From Nocardioides sp. (GTDB lineage Bacteria > Actinomycetota > Actinomycetes > Propionibacteriales > Nocardioidaceae), in the NCBI GenBank assembly GCA_051001655.1, contig JBPCND010000116.1, positions 1-44,569 on the forward strand: a DNA stretch of 44,569 bases, given 5' to 3'. Made by a program: the position numbers and the translations under genes. The notes below the pieces were generated by a model. It was not told the origin of the DNA. It made no database searches and saw only the letters and a list, made by a program, of their open reading frames with translations. This document shows positions 28,937 to 38,190 of this stretch, one piece after another. Positions within the stretch are counted from its first letter, which is position 1, and each line of letters starts with the position of its first letter.

Positions 28937-30039
28937 GGCCACTCGACCCGCTCCAGTCGATCAAGGCCAAGCTCGGCGTGCTCGTTGCAGTGACCGTCGC
29001 GGTCGCCGCCACGCTGGCCTCGGCCGGGACGGGTGCCGGCCTGTCCCCGCTGCTGACCCTGCCCGTTGCCGTGCTCGTCGCCCTCGTGGTCACCCAGCTG
29101 CTCGCACGCGGGATGACCTCACCACTGCGCGAGATGACCGCCGCCGCCCGGGCGATGGCCGGGGGGGACTACGGCCGCCGGGTGGTCGCGACCTCGAGCG
29201 ACGAGGTGGGCGAGCTGGCTCGTGCCTTCAACGCGATGGCGGCCGACCTGGAGGCGGTGGACCGCCAGCGTCGCGACCTGGTGGCGAACGTCTCGCACGA
29301 GCTCCGCACGCCGGTGTCCGCGCTGCAGGCCGTCCTGGAGAACCTCGTCGACGGTGTCGCAGACGCCGACCCCGCCACCCTCCGGACGGCCCTCGCCCAG
29401 ACCGAGCGGCTCTCCGCGCTGGTGACCGCCCTACTGGACCTGTCCCGCGTGGACGCCGGGATCACCCCGCTCGACATCACCCTGCTCGCCGTCCGGCCGA
29501 TCCTCGACGAGGCCGTCGCGGAGGCACGACTGACCGGGCACCAGGTCGACTACGCCGTCGAGGTCGTGCCCCCGGACCTCGTGGTCCACGCGGACCGCGG
29601 CCGGCTGCACCAGCTCTTGGCGAACCTGCTCGACAACGCCGGCCGGCACAGTCCGCCGCACGGGACGGTGCTGGTCCGGGCGAACGGTGGAGAGATCGGT
29701 GCGCGGGACGGGCGCGGCGGCGCCGGTACCACGATCGAGGTGGTCGACGAGGGACCCGGCATCGCCGCTGCCGAACGGCGGGCAGTGTTCGAGCGGTTCA
29801 CTACCGGCGGCCCCGACGACACCGGAGGCACCGGGCTGGGCCTGGCCATCGCGCAATGGGTGACCGCGTTGCACGGCGGCTCGATCGAGGTGGTCGACCC
29901 CGGCTCGTCGGGAGGCGGCTGTCGGATCCGGTTCCAGCTCCCCGCCCCGTCCCCCGGCCAGCTCCCCGCCCCGTCCCCCGGCGAGCCCCCCGCACCCACT
30001 CCGCTCTCAGGAAGTCCGACCGAGAGGACCGACCGATGA
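28933..30039 (+). CDS. HAMP-domain sensor histidine kinase (intramembrane-sensing type)
   Basis: Two closely spaced TM helices, HAMP, VSHELRTP, NLLDNA, DEGPGI, GTGLGLAI. Confidence 0.94.
   Translation: MRPLDPLQSIKAKLGVLVAVTVAVAATLASAGTGAGLSPLLTLPVAVLVALVVTQLLARGMTSPLREMTAAARAMAGGDYGRRVVATSSDEVGELARAFNAMAADLEAVDRQRRDLVANVSHELRTPVSALQAVLENLVDGVADADPATLRTALAQTERLSALVTALLDLSRVDAGITPLDITLLAVRPILDEAVAEARLTGHQVDYAVEVVPPDLVVHADRGRLHQLLANLLDNAGRHSPPHGTVLVRANGGEIGARDGRGGAGTTIEVVDEGPGIAAAERRAVFERFTTGGPDDTGGTGLGLAIAQWVTALHGGSIEVVDPGSSGGGCRIRFQLPAPSPGQLPAPSPGEPPAPTPLSGSPTERTDR
29934..29981 (+). repeat. Coding 24-bp tandem repeat x2 (QLPAPSPG)
   Basis: CCAGCTCCCCGCCCCGTCCCCCGG twice, followed by a degenerate third copy. 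Confidence 0.85.
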
Positions 30040-31544
30040 CCGTCCCGTCCGCCCCGGCACCGCCACCGGCACAGGTCCCGGCAACAGCGCGGGGAGTTCC
30101 TCTCGGCACAGGCCAGTCCGTCCTGGACACCCTGTTCGGCGCCTACTGGCCCGAGACGGACCTCCCCTGTCGGCCGGCGGTCGTGGGACGCGCCGTGATC
30201 GTGGGGATACTCGCCGCCCTGGCGATCCCGTTCCGGGACCTCGGCTCCGGGACGGCGCTGGTCCTCCTCGCCGGTGGCGCGGCAGTCGCCGCCGTCGACC
30301 GGTGTCGCTGGACGCCGTACGTGGTCGGCAGCGTGACGCTGTGCGTCCTTCTGGTCGGCATGGTCATGGTGCGAGACGCCGCCTGGATCACGGTGCTGTG
30401 CGTCCTGGCTGCCGCCGGCCTCGCGGTGTCGGCCGTTGTCGACGCCCGGTCCGTCCTGGCGCAGCTGGGGTCGGCGGTCGCCGTACCACTGGCATCGCTG
30501 CGCGGCCTTCCCTGGCTGGGCAGGTCCCTTCGAGGCACCGGCCGGACGGCAACCCTGATGCCGGTGCTCCGGACCGCCGCGATCTCACTGGCGCTGGTGA
30601 CGGCGCTCGGTGGACTCTTCGCCTCCGCGGACGCGCTGTTCGCCCGATGGGTGGGCGCGGTCGTCCCCGACCTCGGCCTGGACACCGTCGGGGTACGAAT
30701 CCTGGTGCTGGTGCTGGCGGGTGGCATGACCTTGGCCGCGTCGTACGTCGCCTTGAACCCGCCGGCCGTCGAGGTCTTCTCGCGCCCCGCCCGACCTGTC
30801 GCCCGGCCGTTCGAGTGGCTGGTGCCGGTCGGTGTGGTCCTGGCTGTCTACGTCGGCTTCATGACGGCGCAGCTGACCGTCATGTTCGGCGGGCACGACT
30901 ACCTGCGGGCGACCACCGGAGTGACCTACGCCGAGTACGTCCACCAGGGCTTCGGCCAGCTGACGGCCGCCACCCTGCTCACGCTCGGCGTCGTGGCGGC
31001 CGCGGCCCGCAAGGCACGGCGGCGAACCCGCAGGGACAGGCTCCTGGTCCGGCTGTTCCTCGGGGCGCTGTGCCTGCTGACGCTGACCGTGGTGGCCTCT
31101 GCCCTTTTCCGGGTGCATGTCTACGAGGAGGCCTACGGCTTCACCCGGCTCCGGGTCCTGGTGTCGGTGTTCGAGGGCTGGCTCGGGCTCGTCGTGGTCC
31201 TCGTGCTGGTCGCGGGGATCCGGCTCGACGGGCGCTGGCTGCCTCGCGTGGCGGCGACCGCCGGGGCAGCAGCCCTGCTGGGTCTGGCTCTGGTCAACCC
31301 GGACGGCTACATCGCGCAGCGCAACGTGGAGCGGTTCGTCGAGACGGGCAAAGCGGACTGGTCCTACCTGGCCGGTCTCTCCGCGGACGCCGTACCAGCG
31401 CTTCGGCAGCTGCCACCCCGTGCTCAGGCATGCGTCTTCGGTGCACCCGTTCCCCGGGACGACGACTGGCTGGAGTGGAACCTCGGCCGGGCCCGGTCCG
31501 GTCAGACCACTCTGGATGCCTCCGAGGGCTGCACGGCTCGCTGA
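30036..31544 (+). CDS. DUF4153/DUF4173-like polytopic membrane protein
   Basis: LFASADALF, TYAEYVHQGFGQL, YEEAYGFTRLR, NPDGYIAQRNV, YLAGLSADAVP. Confidence 0.82.
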   Translation: MTVPSAPAPPPAQVPATARGVPLGTGQSVLDTLFGAYWPETDLPCRPAVVGRAVIVGILAALAIPFRDLGSGTALVLLAGGAAVAAVDRCRWTPYVVGSVTLCVLLVGMVMVRDAAWITVLCVLAAAGLAVSAVVDARSVLAQLGSAVAVPLASLRGLPWLGRSLRGTGRTATLMPVLRTAAISLALVTALGGLFASADALFARWVGAVVPDLGLDTVGVRILVLVLAGGMTLAASYVALNPPAVEVFSRPARPVARPFEWLVPVGVVLAVYVGFMTAQLTVMFGGHDYLRATTGVTYAEYVHQGFGQLTAATLLTLGVVAAAARKARRRTRRDRLLVRLFLGALCLLTLTVVASALFRVHVYEEAYGFTRLRVLVSVFEGWLGLVVVLVLVAGIRLDGRWLPRVAATAGAAALLGLALVNPDGYIAQRNVERFVETGKADWSYLAGLSADAVPALRQLPPRAQACVFGAPVPRDDDWLEWNLGRARSGQTTLDASEGCTAR

Positions 31545-31668
31545 CGCTGAGGCGGCACGTGCGGACGCCCCAGTCCACCGAGTCGGCGGGGTGTTGGCTG
31601 GGCCTTCCTCGGCCGCCGGCGACTTGGCCGGGCTTGAGGCGGGGCGGTGATGCTGTCACAGTGCTGCG

Positions 31669-32700
31669 GTGAAACTCTCCACGATGCTGATGTACGCCGG
31701 CAACCCCCGCGAGTCCGCCGACCAGGTCGCAGGCCTCGAGCGGGCCGGGCTGGACACCGTCTGGGTGGCGGAAGCCTACGGGTTCGACTCCCCCACCTTG
31801 ATGGGCTACCTCGCCGCACGGACCGAGAACGTCGAGATCGGCTCGGCGATCCTCAACGTCTACTCCCGGACCCCCGGCGCGCTGGCGCAGACCGCCGCAG
31901 GGCTCGACAACGTCAGCGGCGGCCGGGCGATCCTCGGTTTGGGCGCGTCGGGTCCGCAGGTGATCGAGGGCTGGCACGGCCTGCCCTACGACAAGCCCCT
32001 GACCCGCACCCGCGAGGTCGTCGAGATCGTCCGGGCGGCCCTGCGCCGAGAGTCCCTCGACTACCACGGCACGGTCTTCGACCTCCCGCTCCCCGCCGAC
32101 CAGGGGCTCGGTCTCGGCAAGCCGTTGAAGCTGCTGACCAGGCCCGAGCGGTCCTCGATCCCGATCTACGTCGCAGCACTGGGCGAGAAGAACGTCGCAG
32201 GCACGGCAGAGTACGCCGACGGCTGGCTCCCGTTCCTCTACGCGCCCGAGAAAGCCGACTCGGTCTGGGGTGATGCCCTCCGCGCCGGTGCAGCCAAACG
32301 CCCGGACGACCTGGAGCCGCTCGAGGTCTCCGCGGGCGGCATGGTCGCAGTCGGAAATGACGTGAAAGGGCTGCTCGACCTGGCCCGCCCGATGTTCGCG
32401 CTCTACATCGGCGGAATGGGCGCCCGGGGGAAGAACTTCTACAACACCCTCGCCCGGCACTACGGCTACGAGCAGGAGGCCGAGCAGATCCAGGAGCTCT
32501 ACCTCGGGGGCAACAAGCGCGACGCCGAGGCCCTCGTCCCGCTCGAGCTGCTCGAGATGTGCAACTTGGTCGGACCCGAGTCCTACGTGAAGGAGCGGAT
32601 CGCGGCCTTCGGCGAGTCCGGGGTCACGAACCTGCAGGTGATGCCGGTCGCGGAGGATCCGAGGGCCTTGGTGTCGCAGCTGAAGGAGTGGGTCTCCTAG
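31669..32700 (+). CDS. LLM class F420-dependent oxidoreductase
   Basis: VWVAEAYGFD, SRTP, LGLGASGPQVIEGWHG, ADGWLP, LYIGGMGARGKNFY. Confidence 0.92.
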   Translation: MKLSTMLMYAGNPRESADQVAGLERAGLDTVWVAEAYGFDSPTLMGYLAARTENVEIGSAILNVYSRTPGALAQTAAGLDNVSGGRAILGLGASGPQVIEGWHGLPYDKPLTRTREVVEIVRAALRRESLDYHGTVFDLPLPADQGLGLGKPLKLLTRPERSSIPIYVAALGEKNVAGTAEYADGWLPFLYAPEKADSVWGDALRAGAAKRPDDLEPLEVSAGGMVAVGNDVKGLLDLARPMFALYIGGMGARGKNFYNTLARHYGYEQEAEQIQELYLGGNKRDAEALVPLELLEMCNLVGPESYVKERIAAFGESGVTNLQVMPVAEDPRALVSQLKEWVS

Positions 32701-32739
32701 GTGTTCTGATCGGAAAGGCAGCGAGCCGCCTCCCGGGGG

Positions 32740-33282
32740 TCACGTGTTGTCGTGAAGGATTCGCTGGTACAGGTGGTGGTCCCGCCAGGCACCTGCGATC
32801 AGCAGCAGCTTCGGTGCGGTCCCGTAGTGCTCGAAGCCGGCACGTAGCAGCACCGACTGCGACGCCAGGTTGTGCACCATAGTGCCGGCCTCGACCCGAT
32901 GCAGACCGACCTTCAGCGCCTCGGCACAGGCGTGCTCGACTCCCGCTACGGCCAGGCCCTTGCGCAGGTGCGCATGGTCCACCCAGTAGCCCAGCGTCCC
33001 GCTCCGCAGGACTCCGTGCACGAGGTTGTTGAGGTTGACCCGGCCGACCACCACGCCGCCGTACTCCAGGACCCACGCTGCGGCCTGATGGCCCTCGACC
33101 AGGGCAAGCTGGTGCTCCAGCGCGACCTGCTGGCCTTGAGTGGTGAAGAAGTCTTCGGTCCGGACGGGGTCCCAGGGCGCCAGGTGCTCCCGGTTCCGTC
33201 GGTACGCCGCCGCCACCGCCTCGACGTCCTCGATGCGCAACGGCCGGACCTCGTAGCCCTGAGGGAGCACGGGACTCCTCAC
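32740..33282 (-). CDS. GNAT N-acetyltransferase, RimJ/RimL type
   Basis: NREHLAPWDP, LGYWVD...KGLA, LHRVEAGTMVHNLASQSVL, WRDH. Start could be 33282 or 33270. Confidence 0.9.
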   Translation of the reverse strand: MRSPVLPQGYEVRPLRIEDVEAVAAAYRRNREHLAPWDPVRTEDFFTTQGQQVALEHQLALVEGHQAAAWVLEYGGVVVGRVNLNNLVHGVLRSGTLGYWVDHAHLRKGLAVAGVEHACAEALKVGLHRVEAGTMVHNLASQSVLLRAGFEHYGTAPKLLLIAGAWRDHHLYQRILHDNT

Positions 33283-33386
33283 CGTCGCAGGTCGACGAGG
33301 GCGTTCGGTCCGACGACGTACCGCAGCTGACCCAACGGACCACCGTGCGCGTCGTAGACGCCGATCAGCCCGGTGATGTCGGTCAT
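33279..33386 (-). pseudogene. 35-aa ORF, probable internally deleted remnant of a conserved hypothetical family
   Basis: MTDITGLIGVYDAHGGPLGQLRYVVG...; 4-nt overlaps with both oleD and the GNAT gene. Confidence 0.5.
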
Positions 33387-34357
33387 CGGACTTCGCCGGC
33401 GTACCAGTCGGCTAGCTTCACGAACCCGGCGTCGAGCCCGACGTGCGGCTGCCAGCCCAACACGATCCGGGTCCGCCGCTGGTCGAACCAGTGGGCAGTG
33501 CTCAGCTGCTCGGCCAGGAAGCGCGTCATCGGTGGGGTGTCCTGCCGGCGGGACGCTGCCCACACACCGTCCACCGCGGTCCCGGCGAGCCGTCCGAGCC
33601 AGACCGGGACCTGGTGGTGTGGCTCCGGGGCGCCGGCGGCCCGGCACAGCCGGACGAGCACCTCACGGACAGGTCGCGGTTCGCCGTTCGAGACCACCAG
33701 GGGCTCCCCGTGCACGGGTCCGCAGGCATCCACGGCAGCGACGAGAGCGGCTCCGGCGTTCTCGACGTAGGTCGTGTCGATGAGCGCAGCGCCGGGCCCG
33801 ACCATCGGGAGCCGGCCGGCTCGGGCACGCGCAACGACGCGGGCGACCAGCTGCGTGTCACCCGGGCCCCAAACCAGGTGCGGCCGGACGACGAGCACCG
33901 CGAGCGCAGCCGAGTCGGCGGCCAGGGCGAGCTGCTCGGCGACGGCCTTGGAGCGCGCGTAGTGACCACGGGCACGCTCGGGGTCCGCGGCCTCGGCACG
34001 GGCCCCCACCAGTGGCCGTCCCGCGTGGGCGACCGACGGCGAGGAGACGTGCACCAGCAGGCCGCATCCTGCAGACCGGCAGGCATCCACGACCGTGCGG
34101 GTGTCGTCGATGTTCGCGCCGAGGTAGTCCCGCCACCGCCCGACCACGTCGACCTTTGCGGCCAGATGTACGACGGCGTCCTGGCCTGCGGCGGCCCGAT
34201 GCACGACTGTCGGGTCGGCGACATCTCCCAGCACCTCACGGCACGCAAGTCCGGACGGGCGACGCTGCAGCACGCAGACGTCGTCACCGCGGTCGATGAG
34301 AGCCTGGGCGGTCGTGCGACCGAGCATCCCGCTGGCCCCGGTCACGAGCACTCTCAT
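33383..34357 (-). CDS. oleD: OleD 2-alkyl-3-oxoalkanoate reductase (NAD-dependent epimerase/3-beta-HSD family)
   Basis: VTGASGMLG, HLAAK, SSPSV, YARSK, RPHLVWGPGD; follows oleA-oleBC. Confidence 0.85.
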   Translation of the reverse strand: MRVLVTGASGMLGRTTAQALIDRGDDVCVLQRRPSGLACREVLGDVADPTVVHRAAAGQDAVVHLAAKVDVVGRWRDYLGANIDDTRTVVDACRSAGCGLLVHVSSPSVAHAGRPLVGARAEAADPERARGHYARSKAVAEQLALAADSAALAVLVVRPHLVWGPGDTQLVARVVARARAGRLPMVGPGAALIDTTYVENAGAALVAAVDACGPVHGEPLVVSNGEPRPVREVLVRLCRAAGAPEPHHQVPVWLGRLAGTAVDGVWAASRRQDTPPMTRFLAEQLSTAHWFDQRRTRIVLGWQPHVGLDAGFVKLADWYAGEVR

Positions 34358-36936
34358 GGGTGATAGGCACCGGCGAGCACGCGCGCCGCTCGGACCGCCA
34401 CCTCCTGACGATCGACCTTCGAGGCGTGCCTGATGTCGACGGGCAGACCAGCAGTGGTCAGCACGGCTGCCACCTGCGTGCCTGCGGCGGCCCGCACCGC
34501 GTCGCTGAGGACCGGACCTGCCAGCCTCGGCCCGGCCGATCCGCGCCTGTGCGACGACGCGTCCGCGGGGACTACGACCACCGCGACCACCTGGGTCCCC
34601 GGCGGGCCGACCCCGACCACCGCGGCGGCCCGGACCGCCTCCAGACGTTCCACACGTTGCTCGACACCGATCGGCGTCACCACGCCGTTCGGGGTGCTGA
34701 TGACGTGCGGCAGCCGTCCCTCGACCCAAAGCCGGCCGTGGTCATCGATGTGACCGACGTCGCCGGTGCGATGCCACCCCGGGTCACGAGAGCTCGCCCG
34801 CTCGGTCACCCACAGCCCGTCGTACCTGTCCTTGACGTGTCCCGCACGCACGCAGATCTCGCCCGTCCGGTCCGGGTCCGTGGTGAGCGGGCCGTCCGCC
34901 ACGCCGAGTGCGGACAGGGGGCTGAGGGCCACCTCGACCGGGGCCAAGGGACGCCCCACGCAGACGCCCTCACCCGTCCCCGCCTCGAGGATCTCGCCGA
35001 GCGACACGTCGGTCACCGGAAGGACCTCGGTCATCCCGTAGGGCGTGTGGAGCTGGGCCCCGGGAAGGATCGAGCGGAGCGCCTCCAGGAGCGAAGCCGG
35101 AACGGGAGCGCCGGCGGACATGAGCAACCGGATCCGGCCCAGCGCCGTCACCTGCGCCGTCGACAGTCCGGCTCCGGTGGCCGCGACGTTCCTCAGCGCG
35201 GCTGGGGAGGCGAACACGATGCTGGCGTCCACCGCTGCCGCGGCATCGGCGAGAGCCGCTGCCGTCAGGGTGCCGGGGGCAGTGACGTCGATGTCGGGAA
35301 CCGCGGATCCGATGCCCAGCGCCGGCCCGAGGAGGGCGAAGGGGGCGAAGGCTGCCACCAGCCGGTCCTCGGCAGAGATGGCGTACGTCGAGCGCAGAAG
35401 CTCGAGCTGTTCCCGGACCTGTCCGTGCCGGTAGACCACTCCCTTGGCGGGCCCGGTGGAGCCGGAGGTGAAGACCACCGCACAGTCCTGGTCCGCAGAC
35501 GGCTCGGCGGGCGACGGGGCCGTTCGCCCCAGGACGGCGAGGTCGTCGAGGCTGTGAACCACTCCGAGGGCGCGTCGCATAGGGCGGGTCAGCTCACCGG
35601 CCGAGACGCGTGTGCCCGGGAGGCCCATCAGCCGGGCTGCGGCGAGACCCGCCGGTGCGCCGATCACGTGGTCAAGCGACGCACTCCGCAAGGCCCGACG
35701 CATGCCGGCGAAGCCGAGGCCCTTGTCGGCGACCACCACGACGGCACCGGCCCGCCATGCGGCGTAGACGGCGGTGGTCAGGTCTGCCGAGGGCTCGACG
35801 AGCAGGCCGATCCGGTGGCCGGGGCGTACGCCGGCGGCGGCCATGCCTGCGGCCAGCTCACGCACCCGCCGGGCGAGGGCCGCCCAGCTCACGCTGGCAC
35901 CGTCGACACCGACGACGGCGGGAGCAGGGTCATCTGCTCGCTGGTCGAGGGCCGTCCACAGCGTTCCCTCATCCGCTCCGGTCATCCGTGCTGTGTCGGT
36001 GGCGCGATCGGACCGGCCGTCGGCGTGGACGGCGTCGCTCACCCACTGGGCCACGGCCTCGGCGTACTCGGGGGCGTCCTCGGTCACCAGATGGGAGGCA
36101 CCCTCGAAGCGGTGCACCTGTGCCCGGGGCATCCGTTCGCGCAGGTCGGCCAGGTACTTCTCGCCGAACACCGGGTCCCGAGGCCCCCACAGCAGAAGCG
36201 CGGGCACGTCGAGAGTCCGCACCCCGTGGGCGATCGCGTCCACCGCGGGACGGGACGGATGATGCTCGGCGAACGGGATGTCCGCGACGAAGTCGCCTAC
36301 TGCACGACGTCGGGCTGCCGAGCGATAGGGGGCGGTCAGCGCCAGGCGTACGTCGCGAGGCAGGGCCGGACGGGACAGGGCAGCCGCCGACCAGAGGAAC
36401 ATCCTGGTCCACACGCACGTCATCTCGCGGATGAACGGCACGTGCGCCAACCTGATGAGCAGTGGTCCCCGGTCCCCCGGTGGCTGCCCGACTGCGGTGT
36501 TGCCGAGCACGACGCCCCGCAGCTGGTCACGGTGTTCCAGTCCCCAGCCGAGCGAGATCGCGCCGCCCCAGTCGTGCCCCACGGTCACCACCGGCCCGGT
36601 GACACCCAGAGCCGCCGTGAGGGTGCCCAGGTCGTCGACCCGCTGGGCAAGCGTCCGTGGAGTCGTGAGGCGTTCGGAGAAACCCATGCCGAGATGGTCC
36701 GGAGCAATGACCCGCCAGCCAGGTGGTGCGGCCTCGAGCATGCCGCGCCAGAGGTAGGACCAGGTGGGGTTGCCGTGCACGCAGAGAAGGGTGCCGACGG
36801 TCGGCTCGGCCCGGTTGTCCAGGATGTGCCACGTGTGCAAGTGCCCTTCAGGATCCGGCACGGTCACCATCCGGGACCACCAGGGATCCAGGCCCGGCAG
36901 GTGGAGACGCGGCAGCGCAGCAGGGTGCTGCGTCAC
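34354..36936 (-). CDS. oleBC: OleBC fusion (beta-lactone decarboxylase plus beta-lactone synthetase)
   Basis: N-terminal haloalkane-dehalogenase-like domain HGNPTW, HDWGG; C-terminal ANL domain FTSGSTGPAKG, YGMTE, HRTGD. Confidence 0.88.
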   Translation of the reverse strand: MTQHPAALPRLHLPGLDPWWSRMVTVPDPEGHLHTWHILDNRAEPTVGTLLCVHGNPTWSYLWRGMLEAAPPGWRVIAPDHLGMGFSERLTTPRTLAQRVDDLGTLTAALGVTGPVVTVGHDWGGAISLGWGLEHRDQLRGVVLGNTAVGQPPGDRGPLLIRLAHVPFIREMTCVWTRMFLWSAAALSRPALPRDVRLALTAPYRSAARRRAVGDFVADIPFAEHHPSRPAVDAIAHGVRTLDVPALLLWGPRDPVFGEKYLADLRERMPRAQVHRFEGASHLVTEDAPEYAEAVAQWVSDAVHADGRSDRATDTARMTGADEGTLWTALDQRADDPAPAVVGVDGASVSWAALARRVRELAAGMAAAGVRPGHRIGLLVEPSADLTTAVYAAWRAGAVVVVADKGLGFAGMRRALRSASLDHVIGAPAGLAAARLMGLPGTRVSAGELTRPMRRALGVVHSLDDLAVLGRTAPSPAEPSADQDCAVVFTSGSTGPAKGVVYRHGQVREQLELLRSTYAISAEDRLVAAFAPFALLGPALGIGSAVPDIDVTAPGTLTAAALADAAAAVDASIVFASPAALRNVAATGAGLSTAQVTALGRIRLLMSAGAPVPASLLEALRSILPGAQLHTPYGMTEVLPVTDVSLGEILEAGTGEGVCVGRPLAPVEVALSPLSALGVADGPLTTDPDRTGEICVRAGHVKDRYDGLWVTERASSRDPGWHRTGDVGHIDDHGRLWVEGRLPHVISTPNGVVTPIGVEQRVERLEAVRAAAVVGVGPPGTQVVAVVVVPADASSHRRGSAGPRLAGPVLSDAVRAAAGTQVAAVLTTAGLPVDIRHASKVDRQEVAVRAARVLAGAYHP

Positions 36937-37964
36937 CACACGATCTCGAGACAGGACGCGTTGAGCCCCGACCCGATCCCCATCAACAGGACACGGTCAC
37001 CTTCCTCCAGCGTGTCCACCTCACCGGCCAGCGTGAACGGCACGGACACCGGTCCGATGTTGCCGTAGTAGGGGAACGTCCGGGGCACCAGGTCGGCGTC
37101 GATGCCGAGCCGGCCGCACAGCGCGTCAGTGTGAACCTGTGAGATCTGGTGGATCACGTAACGGTCCATGCCCTGGCTCCAGTCGAACTCCTCCTCAGCG
37201 TCGGACCAGAGCTCGGCGGAGAGCTGGAGACCCGCCTCGAGCAGTCCCTTGAAGTCGGTCTGCATCAGGTCGTTGTCTCCGACGCAGAGATCGTGGTGCT
37301 CGGTGCCCGCTCGGCTGACGGACCCGACGATCCGGTGCCCTTCACCATGCCGGTCCGCCCGACCCAGGACCATCGCAGCCGCGCCCGATCCCAAGGTGAG
37401 GGACGCGAACTGGTCGAGCACGTCCTCGGCGGTCACATCGGGGGCCGACAACCTCCTGAGGGTGGCCTCCTGGACGGCGCGGGAGTCCTCACCGTTGACG
37501 ACCAGAGCGTGCTCGACCAGACCCGCGTCGATCATGGCCCCGGCGATCTCGATGCCGTTGACGAAGCCGAGGCAGGCGTTGGTCACGTCGAAGTTCTGGC
37601 ACGCGCTGGGCAGCCCGATGGCATCGTGGACCGCAACGGCCGTCGCCGGCTCCAGGTAGTGGCGGCTCACGGAGGTGTTGATCAGGACACCGATAGCAGC
37701 CGGCTCGACGCCACTCTCGGAGATGGCCTTGGCTGCCGCGGTCGCGGCTCCGTCGACGAAGGTCACGCCGTCGGACCACCAGCGGCGTTCACGGATGCCC
37801 ACGAGCCGCTCGAGAGTGCCCGAGCGCAGACCCACCCGCTCGTAGGTCTCAGCGAGCTCCTCGTCGAACTCAGCAGACGTGACGACGCGCGGAGCCTCGG
37901 CCCGGCTGACGTTCAGCAAGCTCGTGTTGCCAAATCGATGCGTGGTGTTGCCGGTCACGATCAT
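36933..37964 (-). CDS. oleA: OleA acyl-CoA condensing enzyme (thiolase/FabH fold)
   Basis: GIRERRWW, YLEPA (catalytic Glu), NACLG (Cys), LTLGSGA, HQIS (His), GNIG (Asn), GIGSGLN. Confidence 0.88.
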   Translation of the reverse strand: MIVTGNTTHRFGNTSLLNVSRAEAPRVVTSAEFDEELAETYERVGLRSGTLERLVGIRERRWWSDGVTFVDGAATAAAKAISESGVEPAAIGVLINTSVSRHYLEPATAVAVHDAIGLPSACQNFDVTNACLGFVNGIEIAGAMIDAGLVEHALVVNGEDSRAVQEATLRRLSAPDVTAEDVLDQFASLTLGSGAAAMVLGRADRHGEGHRIVGSVSRAGTEHHDLCVGDNDLMQTDFKGLLEAGLQLSAELWSDAEEEFDWSQGMDRYVIHQISQVHTDALCGRLGIDADLVPRTFPYYGNIGPVSVPFTLAGEVDTLEEGDRVLLMGIGSGLNASCLEIVW

Positions 37965-38190
37965 CTTTCCTATCTGCGCACGTGAATCCCAGGACTGCTG
38001 CTGTCCTATGGTCTCCTACGGCCCTTACCCGCTCAGGACCGGGCCACGCCCGCGTGCACGTCCGGCCTCCCTGATGCGCAAGGCCACCGGCTGGCGCATG
38101 TTCGAACGACCACCGGGTGACTCCGGCATACGGAACGTGCTTGCGGGTACACGTGAGGACGTAGCGCTGACCGTGAGGAGGTCGTGAGCT

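Noticed and set aside
34360-37068. 902-aa plus-strand ORF and other long antisense or alternate-frame ORFs (e.g. 467..1882, 13283..14848, 5' part of 28896..31544)
   Set aside because: Shadow ORFs of high-GC genes; Arg/Pro/Gly-rich with no family motifs.
37965-38190. Canonical ANTAR dual-hairpin target or SigB/SigF promoter
   Set aside because: No pair of stems with A..G hexaloops found by eye; GGGTA hexamers are present but lack a properly spaced GTTT -35.
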